Below, piece by piece: positions 34,401 through 44,173 of a stretch of DNA of 64,000 nucleotides. Source of the DNA: Trypanosoma brucei (lineage: Eukaryota); assembly GCA_000002445.1 (NCBI GenBank), contig CP000067.1, forward strand, positions 608,001 through 672,000, written 5' to 3'. Every line of letters starts with the position of its first letter. The stretch's first letter is position 1. The notes under the pieces were generated by a model. It made no database searches. It saw only the letters and a list, made by a program, of their open reading frames with translations, and was not told the DNA's origin. Position numbers and translations under genes: made by a program.

Positions 34401-35299
34401 GCAACTTGAGAAGTGTTTCCGTTGCGCATAATGCTCTGACTGTTCTACCAGACAGCATGGGTGAACTCCGTCAACTAGATCGTTTAGACGCGAGCCACAA
34501 TAAACTAAAGGACCTGCCGTTAACATTTGTCAAACTACGCAAGTTGAGCACTGTCACCTTAGACTTCAATGAATTTTCGGGGTTGCCTCGCGTTTTGGAC
34601 GATCTCATTGTTGCCACCGCATCGACACCGCAGCTTTCCACCATTTATTTAGCGGAGAACACCAACATAACAAGGTTCCCCGATTACACGAACCTTGCAA
34701 TCTTACCCACGCTTAAGTTGGCCTTAGACAACGAACCCAGTGTTTATCAAACGTATCTCAATGAAAACCTTGCAGAAAAGCTACCCAACATTGGCATGCT
34801 TTGGAATAAAATATATCCAGATCGAATCGTTGATAACGTGTTTTGTGGGAGCTTGCGCACCACTCAATCACAGGTGGTGTACGATAAACTTGGCATAAAA
34901 AACCTCTTGACAGTGGGAAGGGACCTCGTTCCCGTCCCTCCGGTTGGTGGAAAACATCTCGTTATCTCATTAGATGATATTGAGGAGGCGGATATCCGTT
35001 GTACATTTGATGAGGCTGTCAACTTCATTGATATGAGTGTGGAAAAAGGTGAAGGGTGTTTGGTCCACTGCTTCGCCGGACTCTCGCGTTCCGCCACGAC
35101 AGTAATAGCATACTTCATGATGAAGAGAGGCATGAGACTTGGCGATGCGTACCAGCTAACGAAAAGGGGCCGACCTTCTATTTACCCCAATGAGGGTTTC
35201 TTTAGACAAATGATTGAACTGGATGGTGAGTTGTTCCCCGATGACCCGCCACTGCAACTGGAGGACATTGGAAGAGAAAGTCCCAATGTAAGGGTGTAG
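31439..35299 (+). CDS. Multidomain signalling protein: an N-terminal MGxC acylation motif, two kinase-like domains (both predicted pseudokinases), a ZZ-type zinc finger, leucine-rich repeats, and a C-terminal dual-specificity phosphatase with an intact active site.
   Basis: The ORF track starts at a TTG (31307); the first ATG is at 31439, giving MGACIAAL. Kinase-like domain 1 has HCNLKLEN instead of HRDLKPEN (near 32189) and ADA instead of DFG. Kinase-like domain 2 has HLRLTPSN (near 33155) while DFG is retained. The Cys cluster CGLCRC...CDKCDDYIRCAKC...H...H (about 33848-33975) fits a ZZ finger. LRRs span about 34280-34700. The phosphatase signature HCFAGLSRSAT (CX5R) is near 35066. Confidence 0.85.
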   Translation: MGACIAALRGKVAGKTNDSHGISDQSLPTAESTDDSVNNRNGKFNKCIRGEESISSGDMHGKEGSDLSKSLTSLWGVLSKTEFADFFRAHPELLKSNSAAVMCTGAFRPGELVGAYCVVKELPGGTVGRSFLVKAVDDSGPPTPTVTTPEVEDSGKREFVFKVMTFINRKNLVEPVLDDKRALMNLTGDGLLRPVHLLLDEGNETVISVTPFLKEGSCARLAGKLEEDRLLSILRDVASALRLLHSHNIYHCNLKLENVLLREDGKACLADAALWRIFSTQSRDCLLFNGELACMPPEMFMIDEADNQSKDASKVDIWGFGLFMYRLAYGREPFDIEGKALEQVCELVSVDRLQFPQRNWSIASSLEDAIRVCLDDDPERRPTVPGLFSFSLFRNHNFNSVVAGGSVGLPGFRASHNDTGPSGGRSGSDNYIRWAYPRYHWRKNVSLDEMLGSGGICETYRVHLRRHPSKQFVMKVLKRSVLKAASQYRISTDDLRHALAVSRLINHPNVLNLLEIVDSRDGCFASQQLAKSRFLYAEFPPLLNHKNPLFTLKQMLADVLQGLFVLHLNGVPHLRLTPSNIFYELGVGFRVSDFGPLFLAREEIVESMETDQPLYSVPQWVVDDLKVPIHMSRFSLDVFCVGLLAASALPSVLHEDWYRFSNSEGCILDVKGVCEKVKNASLYLKPMLVDFILQALTNPATTVRDLMNHSYLSDAIDVSRLDEMKPLNISPADMEMAVSERFTTTDESGLWNVLGHDPAAGNGHLWCSMFRNEALPDGCIRSGIQSVNEVAAARRVPFVKKLVCGLCRCELPIVLFLCDKCDDYIRCAKCSLVDTHADDHKLSPHLVHTVGQDGVDGNFFALLVPTCNICVAQSLEALEMQANLPHGTLTKDITTQSVTAERALRRLTLAKLNPGPKVLPKVSDTEGETWEEEVASCRETRNTELLLHQFELNTVPKELFDPPLLHVASIDLSYNKLTSLPDDLALLCNLRSVSVAHNALTVLPDSMGELRQLDRLDASHNKLKDLPLTFVKLRKLSTVTLDFNEFSGLPRVLDDLIVATASTPQLSTIYLAENTNITRFPDYTNLAILPTLKLALDNEPSVYQTYLNENLAEKLPNIGMLWNKIYPDRIVDNVFCGSLRTTQSQVVYDKLGIKNLLTVGRDLVPVPPVGGKHLVISLDDIEEADIRCTFDEAVNFIDMSVEKGEGCLVHCFAGLSRSATTVIAYFMMKRGMRLGDAYQLTKRGRPSIYPNEGFFRQMIELDGELFPDDPPLQLEDIGRESPNVRV

Positions 35300-35952
35300 T
35301 GCCAATGGCGTGCTAGCATAAACATGCTTTTCCGGAGTCAATGGGCCGATGCCTAAATATATATATATATATATATATGCACATATTCATGAGACGACCG
35401 TTTCTTTTCTCCCTATTCTTTCTATTATTCGCTCTCTCTTTTTTTTTTGGTGCAGTGATTTACTCTAACTTCTTATCGCTGTTGATGGACCTCCCATTTT
35501 AGTACGCCACCACTTTATTTTATTTTTTGCTTATTGTTGGTGACTTTCCCCTCTCCTCTTTTCCTTTTCTTCTTCTTTATTCGATATCCATGTGTGTTTG
35601 TATTTTATTTCATTTGGCTGTTACTCGCATCGTCCATATCACATATCTCTCTCCCATCTGCTGACTCGGTTTCTCTCACCTCCACACCACTCCCTCCTCT
35701 TCCCGGCAGCGAAAAAAAAAATGAGCATGTGGCTGAGTTAATGGTGGTGTGTTTATGCGCAGGGAAGAGGATCTATATAAATATAAAAATATATATGTTT
35801 ATGTGCTTATATACTTCAAATCTAAATGGTCAGATTGCAGTGAAAACTATAATTGTTTGCTGTATTTTCAATGTAATTTTTTTTTCTTGAGGGGAAGATA
35901 AATAGCGTTTTCATCCATCTACCTTCCCGCGTGTTAGCGACCTTTTCTATAT

Positions 35953-35985
35953 ACACACACACACATTTATATATATATATGTATA

Positions 35986-36020
<35 letters not shown>
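35953..36020. repeat. Compound microsatellite (AC)6-(AT)n-(GT)16.
   Basis: The sequence acacacacacaca...atatatatat...gtgtgtgtgtgtgtgtgtgtgtgtgtgtgtgt is visible directly. An alternating purine/pyrimidine GT tract of this kind can adopt Z-DNA. Confidence 0.95.
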
Positions 36021-36023
<3 letters not shown>

Positions 36024-37701
36024 GTTCTGCGTGTTTTGTGCTTTTATTCGTTGTTTTCTTTAGTTTCTTTTTATCTTTTTATATTACAGGCTTTTGTTTT
36101 TATTTTTTATACACACAGCAGCCATTGTGCCAAATGTCAGTTTTACGGATTAACCCCCCCAGTAACGTCATGAGTCTCACGTCGGCATTTGGGTATTTCC
36201 CCGTTTGTATTTTACCCACCAAATACATAAGCTGCACAGAGACACGAAGATACAAACAACCAAGGAAAGAAGGGAAAATAAAAGCAATAAAACAAGAGAA
36301 AGGGAATTTTTAACGGTAGGATAGCCTTTGTTTTTCTTCCTTTTATTTCCCCCCTTTCAGGTCCCCATCGTTTATTTTCTCACACACTCATTCCCCTGAT
36401 TATTTATTTACTTTCTGTTAACCCAAACCTCCACTTGTATATATATACATAATCTTTAAATTGTTATATGTTAGTCGCACGCACCTTACTTCTTCCTTTC
36501 TGTGTTTTCTTTAATTGGATGCGTTGGTGCGTTTTCGGATGCCTCCTTTTGTATGTGAGTGTTTTTTTTTTTTTCGTTTCTCTTCTACATGTTGATGTCC
36601 CATCCGTTACGCATGGTTCAAGATGCAGCAAGAGCAGCGGCGGTGAATAAAATTAAATAAATAAGAGGGTTAGTTAATAAACGATAATAATGACAACGAA
36701 AGGGTGGAAAACGAAGCTCAATGAAGTGACCTGAGGGGTGTTACAAAGACGAAACTTCTTCCTGCCACTTATGTTGCATGTATTTCTGTTGCTGCTGCCA
36801 TCATCATCATTATTATTATTATTGTTTGCTGGTGGTGCTGGCGGTGCTGTACTGACCCACGATATAACAAATGGTGGGAGGGGCGTGGGACAAACATATA
36901 GAAGTAAGGAGAGGGATTATGTGGAGATGTGCTAAGTTGTCTCATGATGTGAGGAATAAAAGAGACGATTAGTCACCGGATGTCCAACAAATGTGCCCGG
37001 TAGTACCTCTTTATAGTATTCCTTAGCTTCACCTTTTCATCCAATTCCCTGCATGAACGCGCGCCCTCCCCCTCCTCCTTTCTCCCCTTCCTTCGATTGT
37101 ATTTGTTCATTATTTTTAGCCTCTAAAGGTTTTCTTTGACTGTCTGTCTGTTTTATTTAATTGCCGCTTACCCTTATATAACCTGCACACCCCCCCCCCC
37201 CTCCCCCAGAGTTATCTAACGTACTATTCAATACCTCCTGTGGGAGTTTCTCAGTCTTTTTGCATAAGAGGTGTTTTATATTTTAAATAAATTTGAGGGG
37301 GAAAGGAAAGAGAAGCACTTAATTCTCTTTTTGACGGTTATTAGTATTATTATTGTTGTTGTTTCGCTGTATTTTAAACGTTGAAAAGTTAATCAGAGTA
37401 TGTGGAAGTGTGTATTATACCGCAATCGGGGCGTTGATGTGACTGTTTGAATATTTTGTCTGTTTTCATGTGCAATTTCCATACAGGACGGAAGAAATGA
37501 AAAGACGGCGCGTGGAGTTCAGTGTGTGTGTGGGGGAAAAAACGAGGTGACGGGGCTTTGGGATACTGACGAGGAATGACGAAGGCGTTAAGGGAGGATG
37601 CCAGGAGTACAAGCATTTATATGGCGATATCCACATTTGTTTATTTGCGTTGTTACCATGTTTTTGTTACCGTTCCTCGGCCCCATGGTTGTTTGTCACT
37701 T

Positions 37702-37705
<4 letters not shown>

Positions 37706-37739
<34 letters not shown>

Positions 37740-37764
37740 TTATTTATTTATTTATTTATTTATA
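37706..37764. repeat. (TA)15 followed by (ATTT)8 microsatellite.
   Basis: The sequence atatatatatatatatatatatatatat then ttatttatttatttatttatttatttatttat; intergenic. Confidence 0.95.
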
Positions 37765-38318
37765 TACATACATAGATGTATGTGCGTACTGATGTGCTTC
37801 TGTATTTATTCATCTGTTGTGTGAATTGGTGAATACTGCAGTGTTTCCCTCTTTTTTTTTCTTCATCCCTTGAATCCTTTTTCATATCGTGTTCGACAAG
37901 GAAGTGTGTGGAAAGTAGTCAACAGGGCGTTGTTTCAACGTGCAAGATCTTGTGCTACAGCGAGTTCTCTATGACGCAGTTGCTGCCATTGTAGTAACGT
38001 CGGCTGGTGTATGCCGTTGTTTACTTATTTTATTGTTGTTTCTTCTTCACTCTATCATGTTTGTTTTATTACTTTTCCCCCCCATTTCCACAATCGAGAT
38101 TTCCTCCCTGATATCTCCTTTTCACACTGTTATCGCCCATTTCTGTCTCCCACATGAAACCTTCTACACTTTCGCTACCACTTGTCTCTTAACTTCCATT
38201 TGAAAAACAAGAAGGCCTCTCGCACTTACTTATCCATTAACTCTATCCGCCCGATTCTCTCTTTACTTTCCTTATTTTGACCAGGCAGAAGCCAAATCTT
38301 TAGTTATTGGCGCGCTGC

Positions 38319-41300
38319 ATGGAGCTACTCAACGTGTTACCGCATGAGGCCGCTCTCCATAGGTTGATGCGCGCAGGTGTGTGCAACGATGACCAAATGC
38401 ATGATTATTTCATATCGCAAGCGTTTCGTGGCATCGCATATGCTGTAAACCGCGCCACACTTCCTGCACCCGTTTTTGTACAGCAACCATTCCTGTCAGG
38501 CAGTTCAAACACAACTGGAAGCTCGGGTGGCACCAACGACTCGCCCACACTGAATCCCTGTGCTGCAGGGAGTACAACCGCTACAACTACTGGCGCAGTG
38601 TGCGTGCTGTGCCGAATGTGTGTTCAAGCTGTGACATCTCACATGTCGCACCGGACAGCGGCGTATCTCGCAACGCGGCTCTTGGCTGATGAGGCAACAG
38701 CTTTCGGTGAAGGTAATGAGCGACCATGTTGTACAGTGGCATGGGTTGAAGCACTGTGCTCGGTGGGCAAAGCATCTTTTTTACAGAAGCAGTTAGGCGT
38801 TAACAGACGCATGGCACTGGGCTATTTGTACATTCTTGCGGAAACGGTGCGTGCGACTGCGCGAGGCCGTGTCATTGGTAAACGACTCAGTAGTCATTTT
38901 GTGGAGTTCGCCCACCGGATATTGGATGATGTCATACCGTACTTAGCGATCATGGCAGATGCCCGAGAGGTATTTGCGGTGACGCGGCACGTGCCGGTTG
39001 CAGGCAACCCATCGGAGGGTAATATTCCAACAGAAACAACGTCAACGGCGGCAGTTGTACCGAGGCCTGCGTGGCATCCCCCATCAAGGTTGACTGTCGA
39101 GGCCAACAACACGATTATACACCTGTTTCATGATATCGCGCATGACATCATCGACGTGCACCACAGGAGCGGGAAGAATCCAGGGGAACGTTGCCTAGTT
39201 CTTGACCGTGACATGCCAAGCAGGATGTGGCCAGCGGTGTCTATACTCCAAAGTGCACTTCATCGTGCATTAGATTGGATTTTACAGGAGGGGTTGGCTT
39301 GTGTTCGCACCATGGCACTGGCAACAGAGCACAGGGAAGAGAAAGCCGCAATAGAGGCGGTACAGACTGTCAAGAAGGCGCTGGACGACACGTTCGCGCA
39401 GATGTTTGAGAGGCAGGAAACACTGGAATGCTCGCGGCAAGCCGTAGAGAGGCAGTACGGGAAGGGTGCGAAGGATTATCATGGAATCACGGACACATTG
39501 TGGGCAAATACGCTGCGGCTGTGTCTCCTCTGCAGGAATGTCACTGGTGCGTGGATAGAAGTGTATGGCGGTGCAGGTTACACTGAAACGCGATCCACGG
39601 ACAAAAACGTCCTCAGTTTCATCGCCTCGTTCGTGTCTTCGGTACCACTAATGGACGGAGATGAAACGGAATCAAGTGTCTTCCTTGCCACTATTGCACT
39701 TTTGTCGGCAGCACTCGCAGCTGTTGTTGCGGCCCCTGTTCCTTTTATGCAGGTCTCCCTGTGGGTATCCGACACCGCGTTGACGGGTCAGGTGCACAAT
39801 GTCGTTATTCAGCGTGGACTTCGATACAAGGATGAGCTCGTGCAGAGGTTGAGTGCGCTCATCTCACAATTAATACTTTCTGGTTCATCGCTATCCGGGG
39901 CCTCTCGTGCCATTGTTGAATCCTCCGATCAGTTACTCGAGCTCATTTCAAACGGCAGGGATGCGGCTTCGCACTGCGTTATTCGTATGCTTTCGCGCGC
40001 AATACTTGAGCGTCCCCATAGCATGCTTCCAGCGCTCTTTCGTCTTCTGCAGCACGGCGATGTGAAGACACGGCGCAATGTTTTGGATGTCCTTTCTGCG
40101 CTACCGCAAATGGACGATGAAGCCGGCCTCGGTGAGAAACTGGTCGCGGAGCAAATGCGACCGATGTTGCGACAGCTCTCAGAGGAACTACTACTACGTA
40201 TCCAGGATGAAGAACTACTTGTGCGACTACAGGGTTCCAAGCTTTTCGCGAAGGTGTGGCCGGAAGATGTAATCCGACCGCTGCTGAATCTTGCCACACA
40301 GAAGGACAAGTCGCACAAGAAGCAATCAGCTGCTCAACAGGCGCTACGCTCTGTCGTAGCGGCACACACAGGAGACAGCCGTGTTGTGCTGCTTCTGCTT
40401 GACGAATCGTTGAAGCTCGTGGGAGAGACCACACCGACAGCCCCCACCGCTCCTAACACCCCGGCGGGTATGTTGGCTTTTGCGCAACTGCACTCTTGCG
40501 TGGGGGAAAGGGAAGGCGAGGGGGACGGTGCTGGGGGGCAACCAGGTTGTGCGGCTGCAACGGGCGGATTGACTACCATTAGTGCTGCTGGGGGTTTTTG
40601 CCAGCGGTTGATGGGGATTGCTCTCTCCTTAGTGAAACGGTGGGCGGAAGAGGTGCCTTCGTGGTCCGAGCCAGTGCTCCAGCCCATCGTTGACCGTGTT
40701 GTGAGTGCGCGCAGTCCAAAAGAGCAGGAGTTCGCAGTCCGATTCATTGCGCAGGTCTCATCCTTGTGTGGAATAACGGTGGAGGGGGCAGCTGCACTTA
40801 CGTCGTGCGTCCTGCGGGTTGTACAAGGGGGTAAGACAGGATCATTGCCGTCTGAGCGATGGCTAACTGGATTGTGTGGATCACGCCAAAGTAACAATTC
40901 AAACGAGAAAAGAGATGAAATTGCGTTAGTGGAAGAATGCTGTCCAGTTGACAGCGAATATCGGATGATTGCGCCACTTCTCTGTCTTAGGGGCTGCCCG
41001 AGACGACCATTTTTGTCTTGTCGTGTGGACAGTATGCCTCCCTCTATGCTGAATCTTTGGGAATTCATTTGGTTTGTCTTATTCTCATCGGACTACTGCG
41101 AGCAGCTTACGCCCGACACGCAGCGCTTGCTGCTGGAACTCGTCTGCAAGTACAGAACATCAATGGTGCTTGAGCGTTTTGCTCACTTTGAGCGAATGCA
41201 TTTGGAAAAGAATGGAGACAAGGAGCGTAAAAGCTGTGAAGGAAATAGTGCATATTTGATTTGTGCGGACAAACAAGCTTGTTTCTTGTTCCGTGCGGGG

Positions 41301-42353
41301 TTCTTCTGCACAGGTACTCTTGTTGCGCAAAGCAGTCTAGCGTTTACCAAACCGGCCACCAAAGATGGCGAGTCTCAGCTGGGAGTTGAGACTGCGACTA
41401 CTTCGTCCCCAGAAGGCAGTTGCGAAGAAGCAATGGAGCTACTTGATCTGGTTCATGCTGCAGAGTTGGTGTCTCGCTGGACTGAGTCTGTTGTGTTCCC
41501 CTGGCTCCTTGGTGACAATGATGACGAAACCACGTGTAGCAGGAACCCCCCTAGTGATCTGCAGCGCCTAAGTCGCTCCGCTATTGATTGTATCGCGCTC
41601 CTTACAGTTGTTGCACTAAACCGCGCGGAATTCGACGCTCATGTCTCGCGTCTCGTCAGGAACCCTCTGAGTGAACTGGCTCTCTTGTACAGAGAAGAGG
41701 TGAAGCAATCGAAGAAAGATGTTGGTGCTGAGAGGAAGGAAGCCTTTGCATTGGAGAAATGTGGTGATCTGCTAGGGCGGTTCGAGTTTGCGGTTCAAGT
41801 TCACAGCCGCGTTCTCAACATCTTGCGTGCGAGTCAAATGGGAAGAGGAAACGTTTGCACCTGGTTCATTGCGTTTATGCCGCATCTCATTGAGCTTGCT
41901 AACGCGGCCTGTGGGGTTGCTGCGCGCCTTGGTAGGAATGATGTTGGTCAGGTAGCGGTTGAGTGCTGTAACGTGTTATTTTTAGCCGCTATGTCGTCCA
42001 GTGGCGGCCCGCCGGCGGTGGAAGGGGAGCGGCGAGCAACGAGCGGTGAAAGCGATACCAAACCTCTTCTGATGGACCTTTGCACTTCTGATCGGAGCGC
42101 ATTGCTTGCCTTTGCGGTCGGCAGTTCGCGGTATTCGAGTCTACCGGCGGTGCAGTCAGAAGGTGTTAAGCTCCTCTCCGCATTGTTGGGTGCAGCGCCC
42201 GATATATTCGTAGACACGGCTGCGGGTAAAGGGACGGCGTTGGATGAAGCCTTCAGTGCCCTGAGTTCCGTTGCGCTCCTTCATGAAGACTGCAAGACGC
42301 GATCACTTGCAGAGGCAGTTATCAGCACCATTCAAAAGACTGAGCAAATATGA
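38319..42353 (+). CDS. Large hypothetical alpha-helical (HEAT/ARM-like) protein.
   Basis: The ORF track starts at a TTG (38307); the first ATG is at 38319. The 1345 aa ORF is predicted helical-repeat in character throughout. No catalytic motif recognised. Confidence 0.75.
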   Translation: MELLNVLPHEAALHRLMRAGVCNDDQMHDYFISQAFRGIAYAVNRATLPAPVFVQQPFLSGSSNTTGSSGGTNDSPTLNPCAAGSTTATTTGAVCVLCRMCVQAVTSHMSHRTAAYLATRLLADEATAFGEGNERPCCTVAWVEALCSVGKASFLQKQLGVNRRMALGYLYILAETVRATARGRVIGKRLSSHFVEFAHRILDDVIPYLAIMADAREVFAVTRHVPVAGNPSEGNIPTETTSTAAVVPRPAWHPPSRLTVEANNTIIHLFHDIAHDIIDVHHRSGKNPGERCLVLDRDMPSRMWPAVSILQSALHRALDWILQEGLACVRTMALATEHREEKAAIEAVQTVKKALDDTFAQMFERQETLECSRQAVERQYGKGAKDYHGITDTLWANTLRLCLLCRNVTGAWIEVYGGAGYTETRSTDKNVLSFIASFVSSVPLMDGDETESSVFLATIALLSAALAAVVAAPVPFMQVSLWVSDTALTGQVHNVVIQRGLRYKDELVQRLSALISQLILSGSSLSGASRAIVESSDQLLELISNGRDAASHCVIRMLSRAILERPHSMLPALFRLLQHGDVKTRRNVLDVLSALPQMDDEAGLGEKLVAEQMRPMLRQLSEELLLRIQDEELLVRLQGSKLFAKVWPEDVIRPLLNLATQKDKSHKKQSAAQQALRSVVAAHTGDSRVVLLLLDESLKLVGETTPTAPTAPNTPAGMLAFAQLHSCVGEREGEGDGAGGQPGCAAATGGLTTISAAGGFCQRLMGIALSLVKRWAEEVPSWSEPVLQPIVDRVVSARSPKEQEFAVRFIAQVSSLCGITVEGAAALTSCVLRVVQGGKTGSLPSERWLTGLCGSRQSNNSNEKRDEIALVEECCPVDSEYRMIAPLLCLRGCPRRPFLSCRVDSMPPSMLNLWEFIWFVLFSSDYCEQLTPDTQRLLLELVCKYRTSMVLERFAHFERMHLEKNGDKERKSCEGNSAYLICADKQACFLFRAGFFCTGTLVAQSSLAFTKPATKDGESQLGVETATTSSPEGSCEEAMELLDLVHAAELVSRWTESVVFPWLLGDNDDETTCSRNPPSDLQRLSRSAIDCIALLTVVALNRAEFDAHVSRLVRNPLSELALLYREEVKQSKKDVGAERKEAFALEKCGDLLGRFEFAVQVHSRVLNILRASQMGRGNVCTWFIAFMPHLIELANAACGVAARLGRNDVGQVAVECCNVLFLAAMSSSGGPPAVEGERRATSGESDTKPLLMDLCTSDRSALLAFAVGSSRYSSLPAVQSEGVKLLSALLGAAPDIFVDTAAGKGTALDEAFSALSSVALLHEDCKTRSLAEAVISTIQKTEQI

Positions 42354-42670
42354 GTTGAATTCTCGGAGGTGAACGTGGCACCGTTCCAGTGGCCCTTCGT
42401 TACAGCACGTTAGTTGTCCGTTAGTTTGATTCACAGCGGGGTTATCTTTGCTCCAACTTCGTTACAACTGGCGGGGGAAGCCACACAGGAGATGAACAAG
42501 TCATTTCTGACTCTTTTACAGTTTTTTTGTTAATATTGTAGCGGTGGCGTCATCATTGCAACTGTTACCATTTTGCGCTGATACCTAATATACAATACCA
42601 CAACGCGTGACGTGCATTTTATCGCGTGATCATCTCAAAAATAGGATACGGTAACACCCATTACCCTCTG

Positions 42671-44173
42671 ATGCAACGAGTTCTCCCCTTCGCTCTACAC
42701 TGCTATTTTAACCTAGGTTCTGCAATGCGCGATTGGCATGCGCTAGCGCCAAGCGCAGCGATCCATCTGCCCATGACGTTGTGCGGTGGACAGTGCTTTC
42801 GCTGGCGCCGGACACCGCGTGGGACATGGGTGGGGGTCGTTCGGCATACCGCCTATGAACTGTGCGATCCACTTAAAATGAGCATTGCGAAGCCCGAGCA
42901 GAAGAAGGCGAGAAAGACTGCTTCATTCCTTTCTCCTTTGTCCCTTGCGGCGACTGCTGCTCCACCTTTTATATCTTCTGCCGATGTTTCGGCGACTGGG
43001 CAGCCTTCCGCTGATCTCCTTTGGTTCCGCTGTCTCAACTGTGACCTACGCAGCGAATCGGATGCTCGTGAGCAGACGCTCTTTCTTCGCCACTACTTAG
43101 CACTTGATGTTGATTTGCAAAAGATGTGGCTGCGGTGGACAGCAGACAACCCGATGAAGTCTCATCCTCTGGTGAAGTGTCTTACCCCGTGCGGCTCAAC
43201 TGATCTCCCCGTGAGTATTCGCCATCTGCGACAGGATTTGCATGAGACCCTTCTTGGGTTCTTATGCTCACAGAATAACAACGTTCCACGCATCACGAGT
43301 CTGATGGAACGCCTCTCCATCTCCTATGGTGATTATTTGTGCGATTATAATGTAGTGACAGGTGATGTGCGCCACGCGGCTCACTGTGGAAACGTAAAGG
43401 GGAACCCTTCGGAGCAAAACGATGGTGGAGGCTGGATAGCTTTGCATGCTCTTCCTTCCATGGACCAGTTGGCGGCAGCCACGGAGGAGAGCCTGCGCGC
43501 TCTGGGTTTTGGCTATCGCAGCAGATACTTAACCGAATGTGCGGCAATCATCAGTAAGAGCGGTGCTACCAGGGTTCAAAAGGAAGTTAAAGATAAGAAA
43601 ATGAAGAAAAAGGAGGTGGGCAAGCCAGCTGGCCCACTCGCCGCCGTGCAACCGTACAAATGGTATGAGGAACTTGCCAGCAACCGACTTACCCTTCAAG
43701 AGCGAAGGGAAAAACTTTTAGCCTTGCCGGGTGTTGGGCGAAAGGTTGCGGACTGTATTTTATTATTTGCCCTAGGTCACCACGAACTTGTTCCTGTGGA
43801 CACACATATGGCGCAAGTTGCGGCTGAGTATCTAGCCTGTCCACCAGCGGTTGTGGTAGCTGCGAAAAAGCAACGTGAAAGCGAAGCCTCGGAGAGGCTC
43901 AAACGGAGACGAGGAAGTAACCATGAAGAACTTGCAAATGCTGTGGATAGCGGGGACTCGGTACTGTCATCTCTGTCATGGGAAAATACCCTAGTGGAAT
44001 GGTATAGGAATGGCAGAGGCAAAAAAGCGAAGTTTCCTGCTTTACTGCTGAAACACCATGACGCAATACAGTACGGGTTTAAGCTACTCTTCGGTGATTA
44101 TTGTGGTTGGGCGCACAGCATATTATTTTACGCCCGCATGAGATCATCTGGGAACAAGGAAGCAACAGCATGA
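42671..44173 (+). CDS. OGG1: 8-oxoguanine DNA glycosylase (OGG1 family) with N-terminal and internal extensions.
   Basis: The ORF track starts at a GTG (42626); ATGs are at 42671 and 42725. The N-terminal motif LPMTLCGGQCFRWRR aligns with human OGG1 LVLPSGQSFRWREQ. The HhH-GPD motif LPGVGRKVADCILLFALGHHELVPVDTHM retains the catalytic Lys and Asp (about 43720-43810). A Lys-rich insert (KEVKDKKMKKKEVGK) is present. Confidence 0.85.
   Translation: MQRVLPFALHCYFNLGSAMRDWHALAPSAAIHLPMTLCGGQCFRWRRTPRGTWVGVVRHTAYELCDPLKMSIAKPEQKKARKTASFLSPLSLAATAAPPFISSADVSATGQPSADLLWFRCLNCDLRSESDAREQTLFLRHYLALDVDLQKMWLRWTADNPMKSHPLVKCLTPCGSTDLPVSIRHLRQDLHETLLGFLCSQNNNVPRITSLMERLSISYGDYLCDYNVVTGDVRHAAHCGNVKGNPSEQNDGGGWIALHALPSMDQLAAATEESLRALGFGYRSRYLTECAAIISKSGATRVQKEVKDKKMKKKEVGKPAGPLAAVQPYKWYEELASNRLTLQERREKLLALPGVGRKVADCILLFALGHHELVPVDTHMAQVAAEYLACPPAVVVAAKKQRESEASERLKRRRGSNHEELANAVDSGDSVLSSLSWENTLVEWYRNGRGKKAKFPALLLKHHDAIQYGFKLLFGDYCGWAHSILFYARMRSSGNKEATA

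Noticed and set aside
35534-36313. Several 60-120-aa ORFs in the region downstream of the kinase-DSP gene.
   Set aside because: They overlap (GT)n, (AT)n and pyrimidine tracts, and their amino-acid composition (poly-F, L, C and V) reflects repeat translation.
40334-41068. A 244-aa ORF on the minus strand inside the HEAT-like gene. Similar antisense ORFs lie at 45096..45710, 39979..40434, 7403..8041 and 53570..54154.
   Set aside because: They lie antisense to, or overlap, strong + strand coding regions. Their composition is low-complexity and biased, and they have no pyrimidine-tract/AG context. Every credible gene in the window is on the + strand.
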